DNA of 64,000 nucleotides, taken from NCBI GenBank assembly GCA_946999385.1, contig CAMQCZ010000001.1:26164-90163 (forward strand), given 5' to 3'. Position 1 is the first letter of the stretch. Each line of letters starts with the position of its first letter. Below the pieces are notes generated by a model. That model ran no database searches. It had not been told where the DNA came from and saw only the letters and a program-made list of their open reading frames with translations. The translations under genes were made by a program, and so were the position numbers. Shown piece by piece: positions 40,801 through 50,812 of the stretch. Origin of the DNA: an uncultured Lachnoanaerobaculum sp. (GTDB taxonomy: Bacteria; Bacillota; Clostridia; Lachnospirales; Lachnospiraceae).

Positions 40801-41628
40801 ACCATCAAGCTTCAAAATACTTGTTTTTATAGCATAAGCTTCTTTTCTATTTCTATTATATTTTACAAATATTTCTCTTGATTTGTCATTAGTTACTAAT
40901 AAAAATGAATTAACAGCTTTATGCAAATCTCCATGCTTATAAAAATCAAAATATATATCTTTTAATTGTCTTATAGAGCATTTAGGATAATTATAAGCCG
41001 GTATATCATTTGATATTTCATCTATATTCATATATTCTCTTGAATATATTGTAATAGGTACCTTATAATCAGGAAATGGAAAATAAATATTTGTATTTTC
41101 AAAATTCATTTCTTTTATAAGTTCTATCAATTCATCATATGAAAGAGAAAATTCTTTATTTTCTGCACCTAAGATATATTTTAAGCCATATATGTTATTA
41201 ATAGCTATTATAAGACTTCCTGAGCTTTTTAATAATGATTTGTACTCTCTTATCTTTCTTTTATAATTTTTATCTAATTCTCCTATAATTAATATTTTAT
41301 CAAATCTATATTCACTTAAATCTATCAGGCTTTTACTTATTTTAAAATTATTATTATCATTAAAATAATATTCCAACAAATCTAAATTTATATCTTTTTC
41401 AGAATAATAAGTCAAATCGCAAGTTTTATCTAAAATAAATTTAATTTGTGATATATTTATATTTCCTATGTATAGAATTTTATCCTGATTATTAAATTCT
41501 ATGTGTTCAATTAAACCCTTACCCTGACTTGAAAAGGTATAAAGATTTTCTAAGCCTTCATTATATTTTAGTAAATCCTTATCATTATATCTATATTTTT
41601 TAGCCAACTCTATAAATTCATTTTTCAT
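37888..41628 (-). CDS. Multidomain polysaccharide biosynthesis protein: WbdD-like N-terminal region (kinase fold, coiled coil, basic amphipathic helix) fused to GT2 and GT4 (GT-B) glycosyltransferase domains
   Basis: Kinase Brenner-type motifs 'YKHGDLHKAVN' and 'IIAIDYEW'. Coiled coil at about 470-540. Basic helix 'RGTKRRRVLSYIKFLL'. GT2 'LSIIIPVYNQ...IIADDVSSD...DxD'. C-terminal GT4 'FGAGVKGKVIEALYYNVPLITTNVGAEG'. Confidence 0.7.
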   Translation of the reverse strand: MKNEFIELAKKYRYNDKDLLKYNEGLENLYTFSSQGKGLIEHIEFNNQDKILYIGNINISQIKFILDKTCDLTYYSEKDINLDLLEYYFNDNNNFKISKSLIDLSEYRFDKILIIGELDKNYKRKIREYKSLLKSSGSLIIAINNIYGLKYILGAENKEFSLSYDELIELIKEMNFENTNIYFPFPDYKVPITIYSREYMNIDEISNDIPAYNYPKCSIRQLKDIYFDFYKHGDLHKAVNSFLLVTNDKSREIFVKYNRNRKEAYAIKTSILKLDGKYIVRKSALSEASKEHIFNIAKSYYRLREENKKIIYLEPKLSDDGNYIDFEYINGKNLSISILEKIKDKKLDIQYIKNIFSDIVSDGISNIDANFDNFIIQDNKIIAIDYEWVSNKILNKKYSYYRALQSFYNKYNNKLCDSLETILKEFDISEENIKEFEAIEKKFQEKVHGDNQEIYLDNYLVDFKYGKDIENLWDKYLELKDNYEDKSLSVEKLMELKRLTENHVINLENIIENLRAENTNIIHLNNTIKHLNKHLSIIYRVYRKIKSIINNKFPRGTKRRRVLSYIKFLLIRPIYLFKQLATKEGRNKILGNINIGEEYLNSGELKFEYFDKPKLSIIIPVYNQINYTYNCLVSILKNTNNLSYEVIIADDVSSDETKNLSRYVKNIVISRNTSNQGFLRNCNQAAKIAKGEYILFLNNDTVVEKDCFLNMIKLYESDNSIGLVGAKFVYPDGRLQEAGGIIWSDGSAWNFGRFDNPNKCQYNYVKDVDYISGACIMLNRKLWKEIGGFDDRFAPAYCEDSDLCFEVRKRGLRVVYQPKSVVIHFEGISNGTDVNGSGLKKYQIENSEKLKNKWEKELKEQFDNNESPEVFRARERSKNKKIILFIDHYVPTFDKDAGSKTTYQYLKMLVKKGYIVKFLGDNFLKDEPYTSILENLGIEVLYGKDMQLDIFDWIKRNAKDIHIAYINRPNIAYKYIDFIQKNTNIKVIYYGHDLHFLRENREYELTNDREYKLNSRYWKNIEMNILRKADISYYPSVVECDYIKNIDKNINVKPITAYVYDKFKKNINRDFTKREGILFVGGFGHPPNKDGLLWFVKNIYPHVSKQLKLNFYIVGSKADDEIKALNNKEKGIVFKGFVSEEELELLYRNVKLVVVPLRFGAGVKGKVIEALYYNVPLITTNVGAEGIKNAENVMEIIDSEKDFANEIVSLYNDNDRLTKMSEKADTYIRKYNSVDAVWNIIKDDFK

Positions 41629-41630
41629 TA

Positions 41631-42932
41631 TTAACTCCTATGAAGTTTTACTTCTACTTTAGACTCCATATCATAAATTCCTACAGTATTTTTATTTGAT
41701 ATAACTGTTATATTAATCAAATCATATAAACGATGATATACCTTTAATTCTCCACCTTCAAAGCCTGTACATGACATAGACAAAAGATATTCTCCACCTT
41801 GTAAACTCATTTTTTGTTTAAAAGTTACCTCATATATATCTTTAGCTTTTACAGAGCTTACATCTGCTTTCTCCAACAATGTATTAGTACCTGTAAGTTC
41901 AGTTCCCTTTTTATCCTTTATTGTATATGTAAAAATAGGATTTTTTATATCTGCATTAAATAATATTTTTTCTTTAATATAGAAATATTCTCCTTTTAAT
42001 AATAGATTATTTATATTTAATTTCTCATCAAGTATAGCAAAGTCTATAATATCAGCTTTTTTATTTCCATATTCAATCAAATTAGGATTTAAGCTCAGCT
42101 TACTTTTCATAAGCTCTCCGTCCTTCAAAGCTGTTTTTTTATTATTTAATATAGCATTATCTTCTTTATAATCAATCTCAATTTCCTTATCATATTGACC
42201 TGCTAAAATTTTTTTATATAAATCCACCATATCTCCGGCTTCACCTTCTGCCAAAAATTTTCCTTTATTTAAAAGAATAACCTTATCACAATATTTTATA
42301 ATACTTCCCATATCATGAGTAACCATTAATATTGTAGTACCTTTTTTTCTTATTTCTTCCATCTTGGCATAACATTTGGACTGGAAAAATACATCTCCTA
42401 CACTAAGTGCTTCATCAACAATCAATATATCAGGCTCTACATTTATAGCCAGTGCAAATGCAAGTCTGACAAACATTCCTGAAGAATATGTTTTTACAGC
42501 TTGATAAACAAAATCTCCGATATCTGCAAATTCCAAAATTTCGGGTATTTTTTTATCCATTTCTTCTCTAGAAAATCCCATCATAGTACCATTCATATAC
42601 AAGTTTTCAATCCCTGTATAATCAGCATTAAATCCTGCACCAAGCTCTAAAAGTGCAGAGATGGTACCATTTACCTTGACATTACCGGTAGTAGGATTTA
42701 ATACTCCGGTTATTATTTTTAATATTGTAGATTTTCCTGAACCGTTAGTCCCAATAATGCCGACTGTAGAGCCTTTCAAAATATCAAAACTAAGCTTATC
42801 CAATGCATAAAATTCTTTATGATATTTTTTATGAACAATACTAAGAGCTTCCTTAAGTCTATCTATAGGTTTATCATATAAACGATAAACTTTGGATATA
42901 TTCATAACAGATATGGCTTTATCACTATTCAT
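41631..42932 (-). CDS. wzt: Polysaccharide/teichoic acid ABC exporter ATP-binding protein (Wzt/TagH) with a C-terminal extra domain (putative glycan-binding)
   Basis: Walker A 'GTNGSGKST', signature 'YSSGMFVRLAFA' and Walker B 'ILIVDEAL', plus about 190 aa of C-terminal beta-rich extension. Confidence 0.8.
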   Translation of the reverse strand: MNSDKAISVMNISKVYRLYDKPIDRLKEALSIVHKKYHKEFYALDKLSFDILKGSTVGIIGTNGSGKSTILKIITGVLNPTTGNVKVNGTISALLELGAGFNADYTGIENLYMNGTMMGFSREEMDKKIPEILEFADIGDFVYQAVKTYSSGMFVRLAFALAINVEPDILIVDEALSVGDVFFQSKCYAKMEEIRKKGTTILMVTHDMGSIIKYCDKVILLNKGKFLAEGEAGDMVDLYKKILAGQYDKEIEIDYKEDNAILNNKKTALKDGELMKSKLSLNPNLIEYGNKKADIIDFAILDEKLNINNLLLKGEYFYIKEKILFNADIKNPIFTYTIKDKKGTELTGTNTLLEKADVSSVKAKDIYEVTFKQKMSLQGGEYLLSMSCTGFEGGELKVYHRLYDLINITVISNKNTVGIYDMESKVEVKLHRS

Positions 42933-43001
42933 AAGTTCTCCTTATTTATATTGTATTTTTATGAAATACTAAACTGAGCTTAATATATTTAGTATATATA
43001 T

Positions 43002-43814
43002 TTATAAAACATCACTAAAATGCGGTCTTAAATTACCAAATACTTTCAAACCTATAATTAAAAATATTATACTTACCAACCAAAAATATAAGGTAAGCCA
43101 AGGTCGTTGAAAAAACCACTGTGCCTGTAAAAAACTGTCTCTATAGCCTGTAACTATATAATATATAGGATTAACCTTCAAAAATCTATCTAAATAAATA
43201 TTATTTGCACCAAACATACCTTGATCCCACATTATAGGTGTTAGCCACATTCCAAATTGTAAAGCTATGCTGACTATTTGTGTCATATCCTTAAAAAAAA
43301 CATTTATTGAACATGTTATCAAGCTTAAAGCCAATGTATAAATGCTTAATGCAAATGTATAATATACCACCTGTATCCATGAAAGCATAGGTAGTCTTGC
43401 ATAAGCTAAAAATACAGCTATCATAATAATTATAAAAATAAAATGAACAAGTAAATGTGAAACAAGCTTTATAACCGGTAAAATTTGTACATTAAAAAGG
43501 ACTTTTTTTACAAGATAATTATATTCATTTAAGCAAGATGTGGAACCATTTAAAGCTTCATTAAAAAAAAACCATGGTACTATTCCCGGAATTAACCAAA
43601 GTACATAAGGTGTATTCGGAACCGGTGGCACACTTTTAAAGCCTAATTGAAATATTGCATAATAAATCAAAACTGTAACTACCGGTTGAACAAACATCCA
43701 AGTTATGCCAAAATATGAACCAATGAAACGTTTTTTAAAATCGGCTTTTGCTAAATCTACTATAATTTGTCTTTTTATATATATTTCTCTTATAAAAGAA
43801 AGAATATCTTTCAT
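43002..43814 (-). CDS. wzm: ABC-2 type polysaccharide exporter permease (Wzm/TagG)
   Basis: 270 aa with 6 predicted TM helices, adjacent to wzt. Confidence 0.75.
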   Translation of the reverse strand: MKDILSFIREIYIKRQIIVDLAKADFKKRFIGSYFGITWMFVQPVVTVLIYYAIFQLGFKSVPPVPNTPYVLWLIPGIVPWFFFNEALNGSTSCLNEYNYLVKKVLFNVQILPVIKLVSHLLVHFIFIIIMIAVFLAYARLPMLSWIQVVYYTFALSIYTLALSLITCSINVFFKDMTQIVSIALQFGMWLTPIMWDQGMFGANNIYLDRFLKVNPIYYIVTGYRDSFLQAQWFFQRPWLTLYFWLVSIIFLIIGLKVFGNLRPHFSDVL

Positions 43815-43826
43815 GATTTACTCCTA

Positions 43827-44420
43827 TTATAAACAAAATGTTTCTTCTAATCCAAGCCATTTTTTATCTTTATCTGAAATAATAAGATTAAGATTTTCAA
43901 TATTAGGCCAAGCTATACTTATCTTTTTATCAGACCACAAAATACCGCCCTCATCATTTGGATGATAAAAATCTGTGCATTTGTATGCAAATTCAGCTTC
44001 ATCACTTAAAACTAAAAATCCATGTGCAAAGCCTTTTGGAATATAAAATTGTTTTTTATTTTCTGCACTTAAAATAAGTCCAAAATATTTTCCAAAGGTT
44101 TTAGATGATTTTCTAATATCTACTGCCACATCAAAAACCTCACCTTTTATTACTCTTACCAATTTTCCTTGTGGATACTCTTTTTGAAAATGTAAACCTC
44201 TTAACACTCCCTTTGTAGACATTGATTGATTATCTTGAACAAATATCATATCAAGTCCCTCTTCTTTAAAATCATTTTGATTATAAGTTTCCATAAAATA
44301 GCCTCTATCATCGTAGAAAACCTTTGGCTCTATAATAAGTAAGCCTTCAATATCACATTTTGTAACCTTTATTTTACTCATATACAACTCCTTAATTTTA
44401 CTAACTTCATATTTTAACAT
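43827..44420 (-). CDS. rfbC: dTDP-4-dehydrorhamnose 3,5-epimerase
   Basis: 'GLLIIEPKVFYDDRGYFMETYN' and 'RGLHFQ' are RmlC signatures. The likely true start is the internal MSKIKV (44381). Confidence 0.85.
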   Translation of the reverse strand: MLKYEVSKIKELYMSKIKVTKCDIEGLLIIEPKVFYDDRGYFMETYNQNDFKEEGLDMIFVQDNQSMSTKGVLRGLHFQKEYPQGKLVRVIKGEVFDVAVDIRKSSKTFGKYFGLILSAENKKQFYIPKGFAHGFLVLSDEAEFAYKCTDFYHPNDEGGILWSDKKISIAWPNIENLNLIISDKDKKWLGLEETFCL

Positions 44421-44556
44421 ATATATATTTTTTTTTCTATACTGATACTTTATTTTACAGGCTTCAGCTTTTAAGAATTTTACATAAGTTTAAATTTAAA
44501 ATATATTATGATATAATATACTTATATAAATTCTAAGCAGAAAGCTGGATGTATAA

Positions 44557-45495
44557 ATGACAATAACATATAAAATATTAGAAAAAATAATAAAATTATT
44601 AAAAGTAAAAAAAATTTTTATAAAATCAAAAGAAGATATATTGGAATATGCTAAAAAAGAAAATAATAAAGTTATATTTAATATAGATAAGTCAACAAAA
44701 ATAGCAAATAGAAAAAAATATTATCTTTTTGATAAAGAAGTTGATGGCTATAGGCTATTATTATATCAAAAAAGTAAAAAACCGGCTGTCGGAGCAGTTT
44801 TTTATCTTTTTGGCGGAGGAATGATTACAGGTCCCAATCAATTAGATTTTCCTTTAGCAGAAAGAATAATGCAAAAAACAGATAAAGATGTATGGTTTTT
44901 ATTTTATCCTCTTTGTTCGGCAACTGAAAATGTAAGAAAGACTTATGAAATTTGCTTTAAAACCTATAAAAAAATGACGAAAATATATAAAGCAAAAAAT
45001 ATAAATGTATTAGGTTTTTCATCAGGAGCTTGTCTATCTATAGGTGTATTTTTACATAATAATGCTTTGGGGGCTCCACTTCCAATGCCCGGTAAAATCA
45101 TTTCAGTTTCTCCGGGTGCTCTTCCTGATTTAAATCTTGATGAAAATAAAACGCTTTGGAAAAAACTAAATGCTGTTAATTATAAAGATATTATGATTGA
45201 TCCTACTTATTTTAAAACTGCAAGAGAAATATTAAAAGGCTCTGAAAGCTTGCCTGAATACATGCTTGACGGAACCTGTGGTGATTTTTCAAATTTCCCA
45301 AAAATATATTTTTATTATGGAGAAAATGAATGTCTTTATACATTTGCTGAATATTTTAAAAAAGCTATTGAAAAATACAATGTCCCATATAAAATTATTG
45401 TAGGAAAGGGAATGTGTCATTGTTATCCAATGGCAAGATTCTTTAAAGAGGGTAGACTTGCACAAGATGAAATTATTGAATTATTAAATAATTAA
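44557..45495 (+). CDS. Alpha/beta hydrolase (esterase/lipase-like)
   Basis: 312 aa with the oxyanion 'FGGGMITG' and nucleophile elbow 'GFSSGA' (GxSxG). Confidence 0.6.
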   Translation: MTITYKILEKIIKLLKVKKIFIKSKEDILEYAKKENNKVIFNIDKSTKIANRKKYYLFDKEVDGYRLLLYQKSKKPAVGAVFYLFGGGMITGPNQLDFPLAERIMQKTDKDVWFLFYPLCSATENVRKTYEICFKTYKKMTKIYKAKNINVLGFSSGACLSIGVFLHNNALGAPLPMPGKIISVSPGALPDLNLDENKTLWKKLNAVNYKDIMIDPTYFKTAREILKGSESLPEYMLDGTCGDFSNFPKIYFYYGENECLYTFAEYFKKAIEKYNVPYKIIVGKGMCHCYPMARFFKEGRLAQDEIIELLNN

Positions 45496-45582
45496 AACAT
45501 AAGCTTTATATTAATAAAAATCTGATATATAACAAGCCTATAATAGCAAATAGTTGTAATTATATGAAAGGGTTTAAAAAAT

Positions 45583-46062
45583 ATGCTTTTGATTGAAATT
45601 ATAATTTTATGTTCTACTTTTTTTATTTTATGTATTTTGGGAACAGGTACAGATGAAAAAAATTTGAAAAATTATATGTCATATCCTGATGAAGTTCAAA
45701 AACAAATAAAAGAAATAAAAGCATATAGAGAGAAATTCAAAAAATCAAGTAAACTATCTATATGGATAACAAATTTTTTGATATTCATACCATTATTTTT
45801 ATTTTTAGGAATACTAAGCCGTGAAAAAAAATTTATATATAATTTTATATATTTACTTACTTTAGGTGAAATATTAAATCTCTTTGATCTTATTATTATA
45901 GATTTATTATGGTGGAGAAATACAAAGAGAATAAGACTATCAAAAATACCGCAAAAAAAGCTATATCAAAGTCTAAAAAAACATATAGAATCTTTTTTAA
46001 GAGCCTTTATTTTATATATTTTAGTTGCACTTATTGACGGATATTTATTGACATTATTTTAA
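45583..46062 (+). CDS. Hypothetical membrane protein
   Basis: 159 aa with 4 predicted TM helices. Confidence 0.3.
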   Translation: MLLIEIIILCSTFFILCILGTGTDEKNLKNYMSYPDEVQKQIKEIKAYREKFKKSSKLSIWITNFLIFIPLFLFLGILSREKKFIYNFIYLLTLGEILNLFDLIIIDLLWWRNTKRIRLSKIPQKKLYQSLKKHIESFLRAFILYILVALIDGYLLTLF

Positions 46063-46194
46063 CAAGATTAATATATTAATAACACTGATTATATCTTGAT
46101 TTAACCAAGAAATTCTTTAAAGTTTAATTTTAGGAATTTCTTGGTATTTTAATAACTTTTAAGATTTATATCCCTTAAATTTTCCAAAAAAATC

Positions 46195-46752
46195 TTATAC
46201 ATTATAATCAAAATCATTTATAGACTTCTTATTAGAGAGATTATCTTCAGCAAGAAAATCCATTTCTGTCATTTTATTTATATTTGCGACAATGGAAGTT
46301 GGAAAAGTTACAATTTCCTGATTAAATAAGCTTATATTGCTATTTACAATCCTCTTTGCAGCTGCAAGCTTTTCATTTTCTTCATCTATTTCTTCTTGTA
46401 ATTTTAAAAATTCATCACAAGACTTAAGCTCAGGATATGACTCTGCAACAGCATAAATTTGCTTAATAGCTTCATTTTGATTTTTTAATGTATCATTTGA
46501 CTCTGATATACTATCTACATTTCTAAGCTTTATAATATTTGTAAAAGTATCATTTTCATGTTTTGCAAATGATTTTGCAACCTTTATCATTTGTGATATA
46601 GTATCATATCTTTTTACAATAGCAATATCAACATTTTTCTTTGATTCTTTTATAATAACGAGATATCTTTTCAGCTTATTTGAAATTGAAATAAATTTAC
46701 TAAAAATTATAAATATTATTGCAATAAATATTAAAATAAATAATTTATCCAT
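46195..46752 (-). CDS. lemA: LemA family protein
   Basis: 185 aa with an N-terminal TM helix and the conserved 'AVAESYPELK' motif. Confidence 0.75.
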   Translation of the reverse strand: MDKLFILIFIAIIFIIFSKFISISNKLKRYLVIIKESKKNVDIAIVKRYDTISQMIKVAKSFAKHENDTFTNIIKLRNVDSISESNDTLKNQNEAIKQIYAVAESYPELKSCDEFLKLQEEIDEENEKLAAAKRIVNSNISLFNQEIVTFPTSIVANINKMTEMDFLAEDNLSNKKSINDFDYNV

Positions 46753-46763
46753 AAAAATCTCCT

Positions 46764-47732
46764 TTAAAAGTTTTTCATAATAAGAGCAATAAGTTCATAA
46801 AAGAAGGCAAGCTTATTTCGTACCTTTTCATATTCTCCTGATAGCGAAAGATTATCTACCGAACTTGGGAATGAAGGTTGACTAAAAAGAGCCGTATTTG
46901 TTTCAAAAGCTATTGAAATATATTTTTCATTCATATAAATTGTAATTTTTGTATTATTTTTTGTATTATTTAAAAATTCGATAATATTTGCATCAAGTAT
47001 AAGTCTTGTATAAAAATCATCTGTAGAAAAAATAGCATATGAATTGTTAAATTCTATTGATTCAGTTTCAATTCTTTTTTCATCTTTCCTTCTATTTCCA
47101 TATGGAGTACAAACAGGTTCAGCAGATAAAGCATTTGAATGAATAGGTACAACTCTTATATGCCCTGTGATACCTGTTTCAAAAGAAACCTTAAGTGCCT
47201 GTCCTCTAAAATCTGTATGTGTACTTCTTCCACCTTTTTTATTATATTTTTCATGATAAGCATGAAAATTACAAAATTCTGTTTTATATTCATCACCAAA
47301 AGTTATATGAACATCAGAATAATATGTTTTGGAATCATAAACCAAATTAATTAAAGTGTCTAAATCCATTTGCCCAAAATAATCAAGCTTTGTATCAGGC
47401 AGAATTTCTTCTAAGACAGGCTTCAAAAAATTATTAACATAAGAATCTGAAACAGATTTTTTCTTTTTTTCTGAATATTTAAAGTAGAAGCTCCATATAA
47501 AAAATAAGATGAATATCGCATATCGTCCTAAAAAATAATATACAACAGCAGCAGCTACAATAGCTACAAATCCAATATAAAGAGGATTAGCTATATTTTC
47601 TTTAAGTTCAGCTTTGATATAAGCTAATTTTTTCTTTGTTTCCGGCGAATTTTCAATTTTCTTTATATTATCTATAATAGCCGGATCTGAAAATATATTT
47701 CCGGATTTCATTTTCAAAATGCCTCCACACAA
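46764..47732 (-). CDS. Hypothetical membrane-anchored protein, LemA-associated (DUF3137-like)
   Basis: 322 aa with two TM helices near the N-terminus. It is co-oriented with lemA and directly upstream of it. Confidence 0.35.
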   Translation of the reverse strand: MCGGILKMKSGNIFSDPAIIDNIKKIENSPETKKKLAYIKAELKENIANPLYIGFVAIVAAAVVYYFLGRYAIFILFFIWSFYFKYSEKKKKSVSDSYVNNFLKPVLEEILPDTKLDYFGQMDLDTLINLVYDSKTYYSDVHITFGDEYKTEFCNFHAYHEKYNKKGGRSTHTDFRGQALKVSFETGITGHIRVVPIHSNALSAEPVCTPYGNRRKDEKRIETESIEFNNSYAIFSTDDFYTRLILDANIIEFLNNTKNNTKITIYMNEKYISIAFETNTALFSQPSFPSSVDNLSLSGEYEKVRNKLAFFYELIALIMKNF

Positions 47733-47889
47733 TTCTATATATTGATATAATTATATCATAAATATTTTAATAATAAAAGATTATTATTTATATTCTTATA
47801 TATTGAACTTTTGTTCCGAAAAATTAAGCAAAAATGCAGATGTGTAGATATATAAAAGGATTATATAAGATATTTTTAAGAATAAAAAA

Positions 47890-47962
47890 AGCTGATAACG
47901 GGAGTCGAACCCGTGACCTCCTCACTACCAATGAGGTGCGCTACCTCCTGTGCCATATCAGC
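47890..47962 (-). tRNA. tRNA-Thr (anticodon GGU)
   Basis: Acceptor GCTGATA/TATCAGC, anticodon arm CCTCA-TTGGTAG-TGAGG, T-arm ACGGG-TTCGACT-CCCGT. Confidence 0.8.
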
Positions 47963-48063
47963 TTAATAATATTATATAGCGTACAAGCTTTCCGTAGTTT
48001 AGCATAAAAATATAATTTTGTCAAATATATATGCTTTTAAATAAATATGGATAATTATTATAT

Positions 48064-48786
48064 TTATTCTACAAAGGATTTTAATTTTTCAAGCTCATTA
48101 TCATTAAGTCTTCTATAGCTTCCTAAAGGAAGCTCAGCTTCATCTAATGTTAAATTTGCAAAGGATATCCTTTTTAAATATTCAACCTTACAAGATAAAT
48201 TTAAAAACATCCTTTTTACTTGATGAAATCTCCCTTCAACTATAGTTAAATTGACATTTGTTAATGAATCACTATTTGATAAAATTTCAAGCTTTGCAGG
48301 CTTCGTCAGGCCATCATCAAGCTCCATGCCTTTTGCAAATATATCTACAGCTGTGCTTGGTAAATTCCCGCTAATTTTAGCAAAATAAGTTTTTGGAACA
48401 TGCCTTTTAGGAGATAATAATAAATGATTTAATTTTCCATCATCAGTTATTAAAAGTAAACCCTCTGTATCTATATCCAATCTCCCAACAGGTACCAAAT
48501 CTTTTCTATTATCATCTATAAAAGACATTACAGTTTTATGAAATTTATCCTTTCTTGCACATATACAATCTTTGGGTTTATTTATAATATAATATTCATA
48601 TTGCTTTATATCAAATATTTTATCATCTATACTGATTATATCCTTTTTAGAATCTATTTTTATATCTGACTTGGTTATAATATTAAAATTAACTTTTACT
48701 CTCGAGCTTAAAATCATTTTCTTAGCCTCTGTTCTTGATCCTAAGCCAAGCTTAACAAGAATTTTATCAAGTCTTTCTAAAGCCAT
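48064..48786 (-). CDS. rsuA: 16S rRNA pseudouridine synthase (RsuA family, S4 domain)
   Basis: 240 aa with an N-terminal S4 domain and the catalytic 'VGRLDIDTEGLLLIT' motif. Confidence 0.75.
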   Translation of the reverse strand: MALERLDKILVKLGLGSRTEAKKMILSSRVKVNFNIITKSDIKIDSKKDIISIDDKIFDIKQYEYYIINKPKDCICARKDKFHKTVMSFIDDNRKDLVPVGRLDIDTEGLLLITDDGKLNHLLLSPKRHVPKTYFAKISGNLPSTAVDIFAKGMELDDGLTKPAKLEILSNSDSLTNVNLTIVEGRFHQVKRMFLNLSCKVEYLKRISFANLTLDEAELPLGSYRRLNDNELEKLKSFVE

Positions 48787-50138
48787 TAATTAATTCTCCA
48801 CCCCTTATAATATTTATTTTTAAGCTTAGTCCCATCTTGTTTTATGAAACCAAGCGGATATTTTTCTACACACAATAATCTATATCCCTTATAATTTTCT
48901 TCTATATCTATAGTTTCACCCTTTAAATATCTTATAACCCTCTCATCATTGATAGAAAAATTAATTGCCTCTTTCCAATCCTCATACTTAAAGCTCATCG
49001 CCAAAGCTTGTGATGGTTCAAATCTATTGTTGGTAATTCTTCCCATCAAAAGACCTGTTCTAAGATATCTTATATTTTCACTTAATTCAAAGTCTTGCGG
49101 TAAATAATAAATATACTCATTATTTTTATAAAATCTGTCAATATCCCATTTTATATTAGTTAAATTTAAAAATTCCAAAAAATCTTTTTCAAGACTTATT
49201 CTTTTTTTGAATTTTTTATTTGAAACTTCATTTATTATTATATTTCCTTTTTTTATTAATTTACATACAAAATGCCCTTCACCTTCCAACTTATGTGGCA
49301 AAAGTCTTACTGCTTTTTCCAAATATGGTGAAGTGCTAAAGCCTTCATACATAGTCAAATCACCTATTTCAAAGTCTTTATTTTTTTCAAGGAATTTTAT
49401 AATAGTATCATCATCCTCTATTTTTGAATATGTACAAGTTGAATATATTATACTACCACCCTTTTTTAACATTTTAGCGGCACTGGATAAAATATCAGCT
49501 TGAATAGGTGCAAAATATTCAGGTCCCCTTTTCAAATATGCCTTTAAAATGGAATTATCTTTTCTAAACATTCCTTCTCCTGAACAAGGTGCATCAACTA
49601 ATATTTTATCAAAATATTCAACATAAGTTTTTGCTAATTTTTCAGGCTCCTCGCAAGTAATAATTGTATTTTTTATACCGAAAAGTTCTATATTTTTAAG
49701 CAGAGCTCTAGCCCTTGAAGAGCTTAAATCATTACTGAATATTATTCCGCTACCGTTTAATTTACAGGCTATATGTGTACTTTTCCCACCCGGAGCTGCA
49801 CATAAATCCAAAATTTTATCTCCAACATTCACATCACAAAGAGCTGCAGGTGCCATAGCACTTGCTTCTTGCATATAATATAAACCAGCATAATAATATG
49901 GGCTTTTAGTAAGCTTTATATCTTCATTGATATAAAATCCATTTTCTTCCCATGGAATATTTTTTGCTTCTAAATTAAGTAATTTTAACAAATTCTTTTT
50001 AGTTATTTTCAATGTGTTGACTCTACATGAAAGCTTCACTTTTTTAGATAAGCTTTCTATATATAAAGGATATTCATCCTTTAATAATTTTTTCATAGCA
50101 TCTTTATATTCCTGAGGTAAAGCTTTTTCGTCTAACAT
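48786..50138 (-). CDS. rsmF: rRNA cytosine-C5 methyltransferase (NOL1/NOP2/Sun family, RsmF-like)
   Basis: 450 aa. SAM motif 'LDLCAAPGGKSTHIA', catalytic 'DAPCSGEG' and 'TCT' motifs. Confidence 0.7.
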   Translation of the reverse strand: MLDEKALPQEYKDAMKKLLKDEYPLYIESLSKKVKLSCRVNTLKITKKNLLKLLNLEAKNIPWEENGFYINEDIKLTKSPYYYAGLYYMQEASAMAPAALCDVNVGDKILDLCAAPGGKSTHIACKLNGSGIIFSNDLSSSRARALLKNIELFGIKNTIITCEEPEKLAKTYVEYFDKILVDAPCSGEGMFRKDNSILKAYLKRGPEYFAPIQADILSSAAKMLKKGGSIIYSTCTYSKIEDDDTIIKFLEKNKDFEIGDLTMYEGFSTSPYLEKAVRLLPHKLEGEGHFVCKLIKKGNIIINEVSNKKFKKRISLEKDFLEFLNLTNIKWDIDRFYKNNEYIYYLPQDFELSENIRYLRTGLLMGRITNNRFEPSQALAMSFKYEDWKEAINFSINDERVIRYLKGETIDIEENYKGYRLLCVEKYPLGFIKQDGTKLKNKYYKGWRIN

Positions 50139-50206
50139 AATATTTCTTTCTTACTTATATTTTTATTTTGAAAGCTTTAGCTACCCTAAAAAGGATAGCT
50201 AATATA

Positions 50207-50812
50207 TTAAGCATTAGTATCTTGTGAATTTATACTTCTGGAAAGTTCATATCTATTATTGCTTACAGTTTCAAGATTATTCTTTAAGGCATCTATATAT
50301 TGCTCAAATTTTAAATTCGAATTATCTATAGAATGTTTTATAAGTGTTTCCAAGCTTGCAAGCAAATTATCCGTATAGCTCACACCTGAGCTTATTATAG
50401 TATTTGCCTCATTATTAGCTTTATCAACTATATCTGCAGCTCTATTATTTGCATCATCCATAAGCTTATTGGCAGCTTGATATGCTTTTTGCATTATTGA
50501 ATTTTCATCCAATAAACTTTCAGCATTTCTATTAGCTTTTGTTATTATTTCATCGGCTTCTAATTTAGCATTTTCCAAAATAGCATTTCTATTACTAATA
50601 ACCTTTTGATATGTTGCTATTTCTTGTGGAACATTATCCTTAAGCTCCTGCAAAAGCTCTAATAATGTATTTTTATCTACTACAACTTTTTCTTTATCCA
50701 TAAATGCAGGCTTGCACTCATGTTCTATAAAACCTTCTATTTCATCTATTATATCAATTATTTTAAATGCCATTTTCTTGAACCTTCCTAACTTTATTAT
50801 TAATATTCTCAA
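50207..50812 (-). CDS. Hypothetical coiled-coil protein
   Basis: 201-aa ORF. The likely start is the internal MAFKII (50773), which avoids the overlap with coaD. Alpha-helical/coiled-coil with no motifs. Confidence 0.3.
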   Translation of the reverse strand: MRILIIKLGRFKKMAFKIIDIIDEIEGFIEHECKPAFMDKEKVVVDKNTLLELLQELKDNVPQEIATYQKVISNRNAILENAKLEADEIITKANRNAESLLDENSIMQKAYQAANKLMDDANNRAADIVDKANNEANTIISSGVSYTDNLLASLETLIKHSIDNSNLKFEQYIDALKNNLETVSNNRYELSRSINSQDTNA

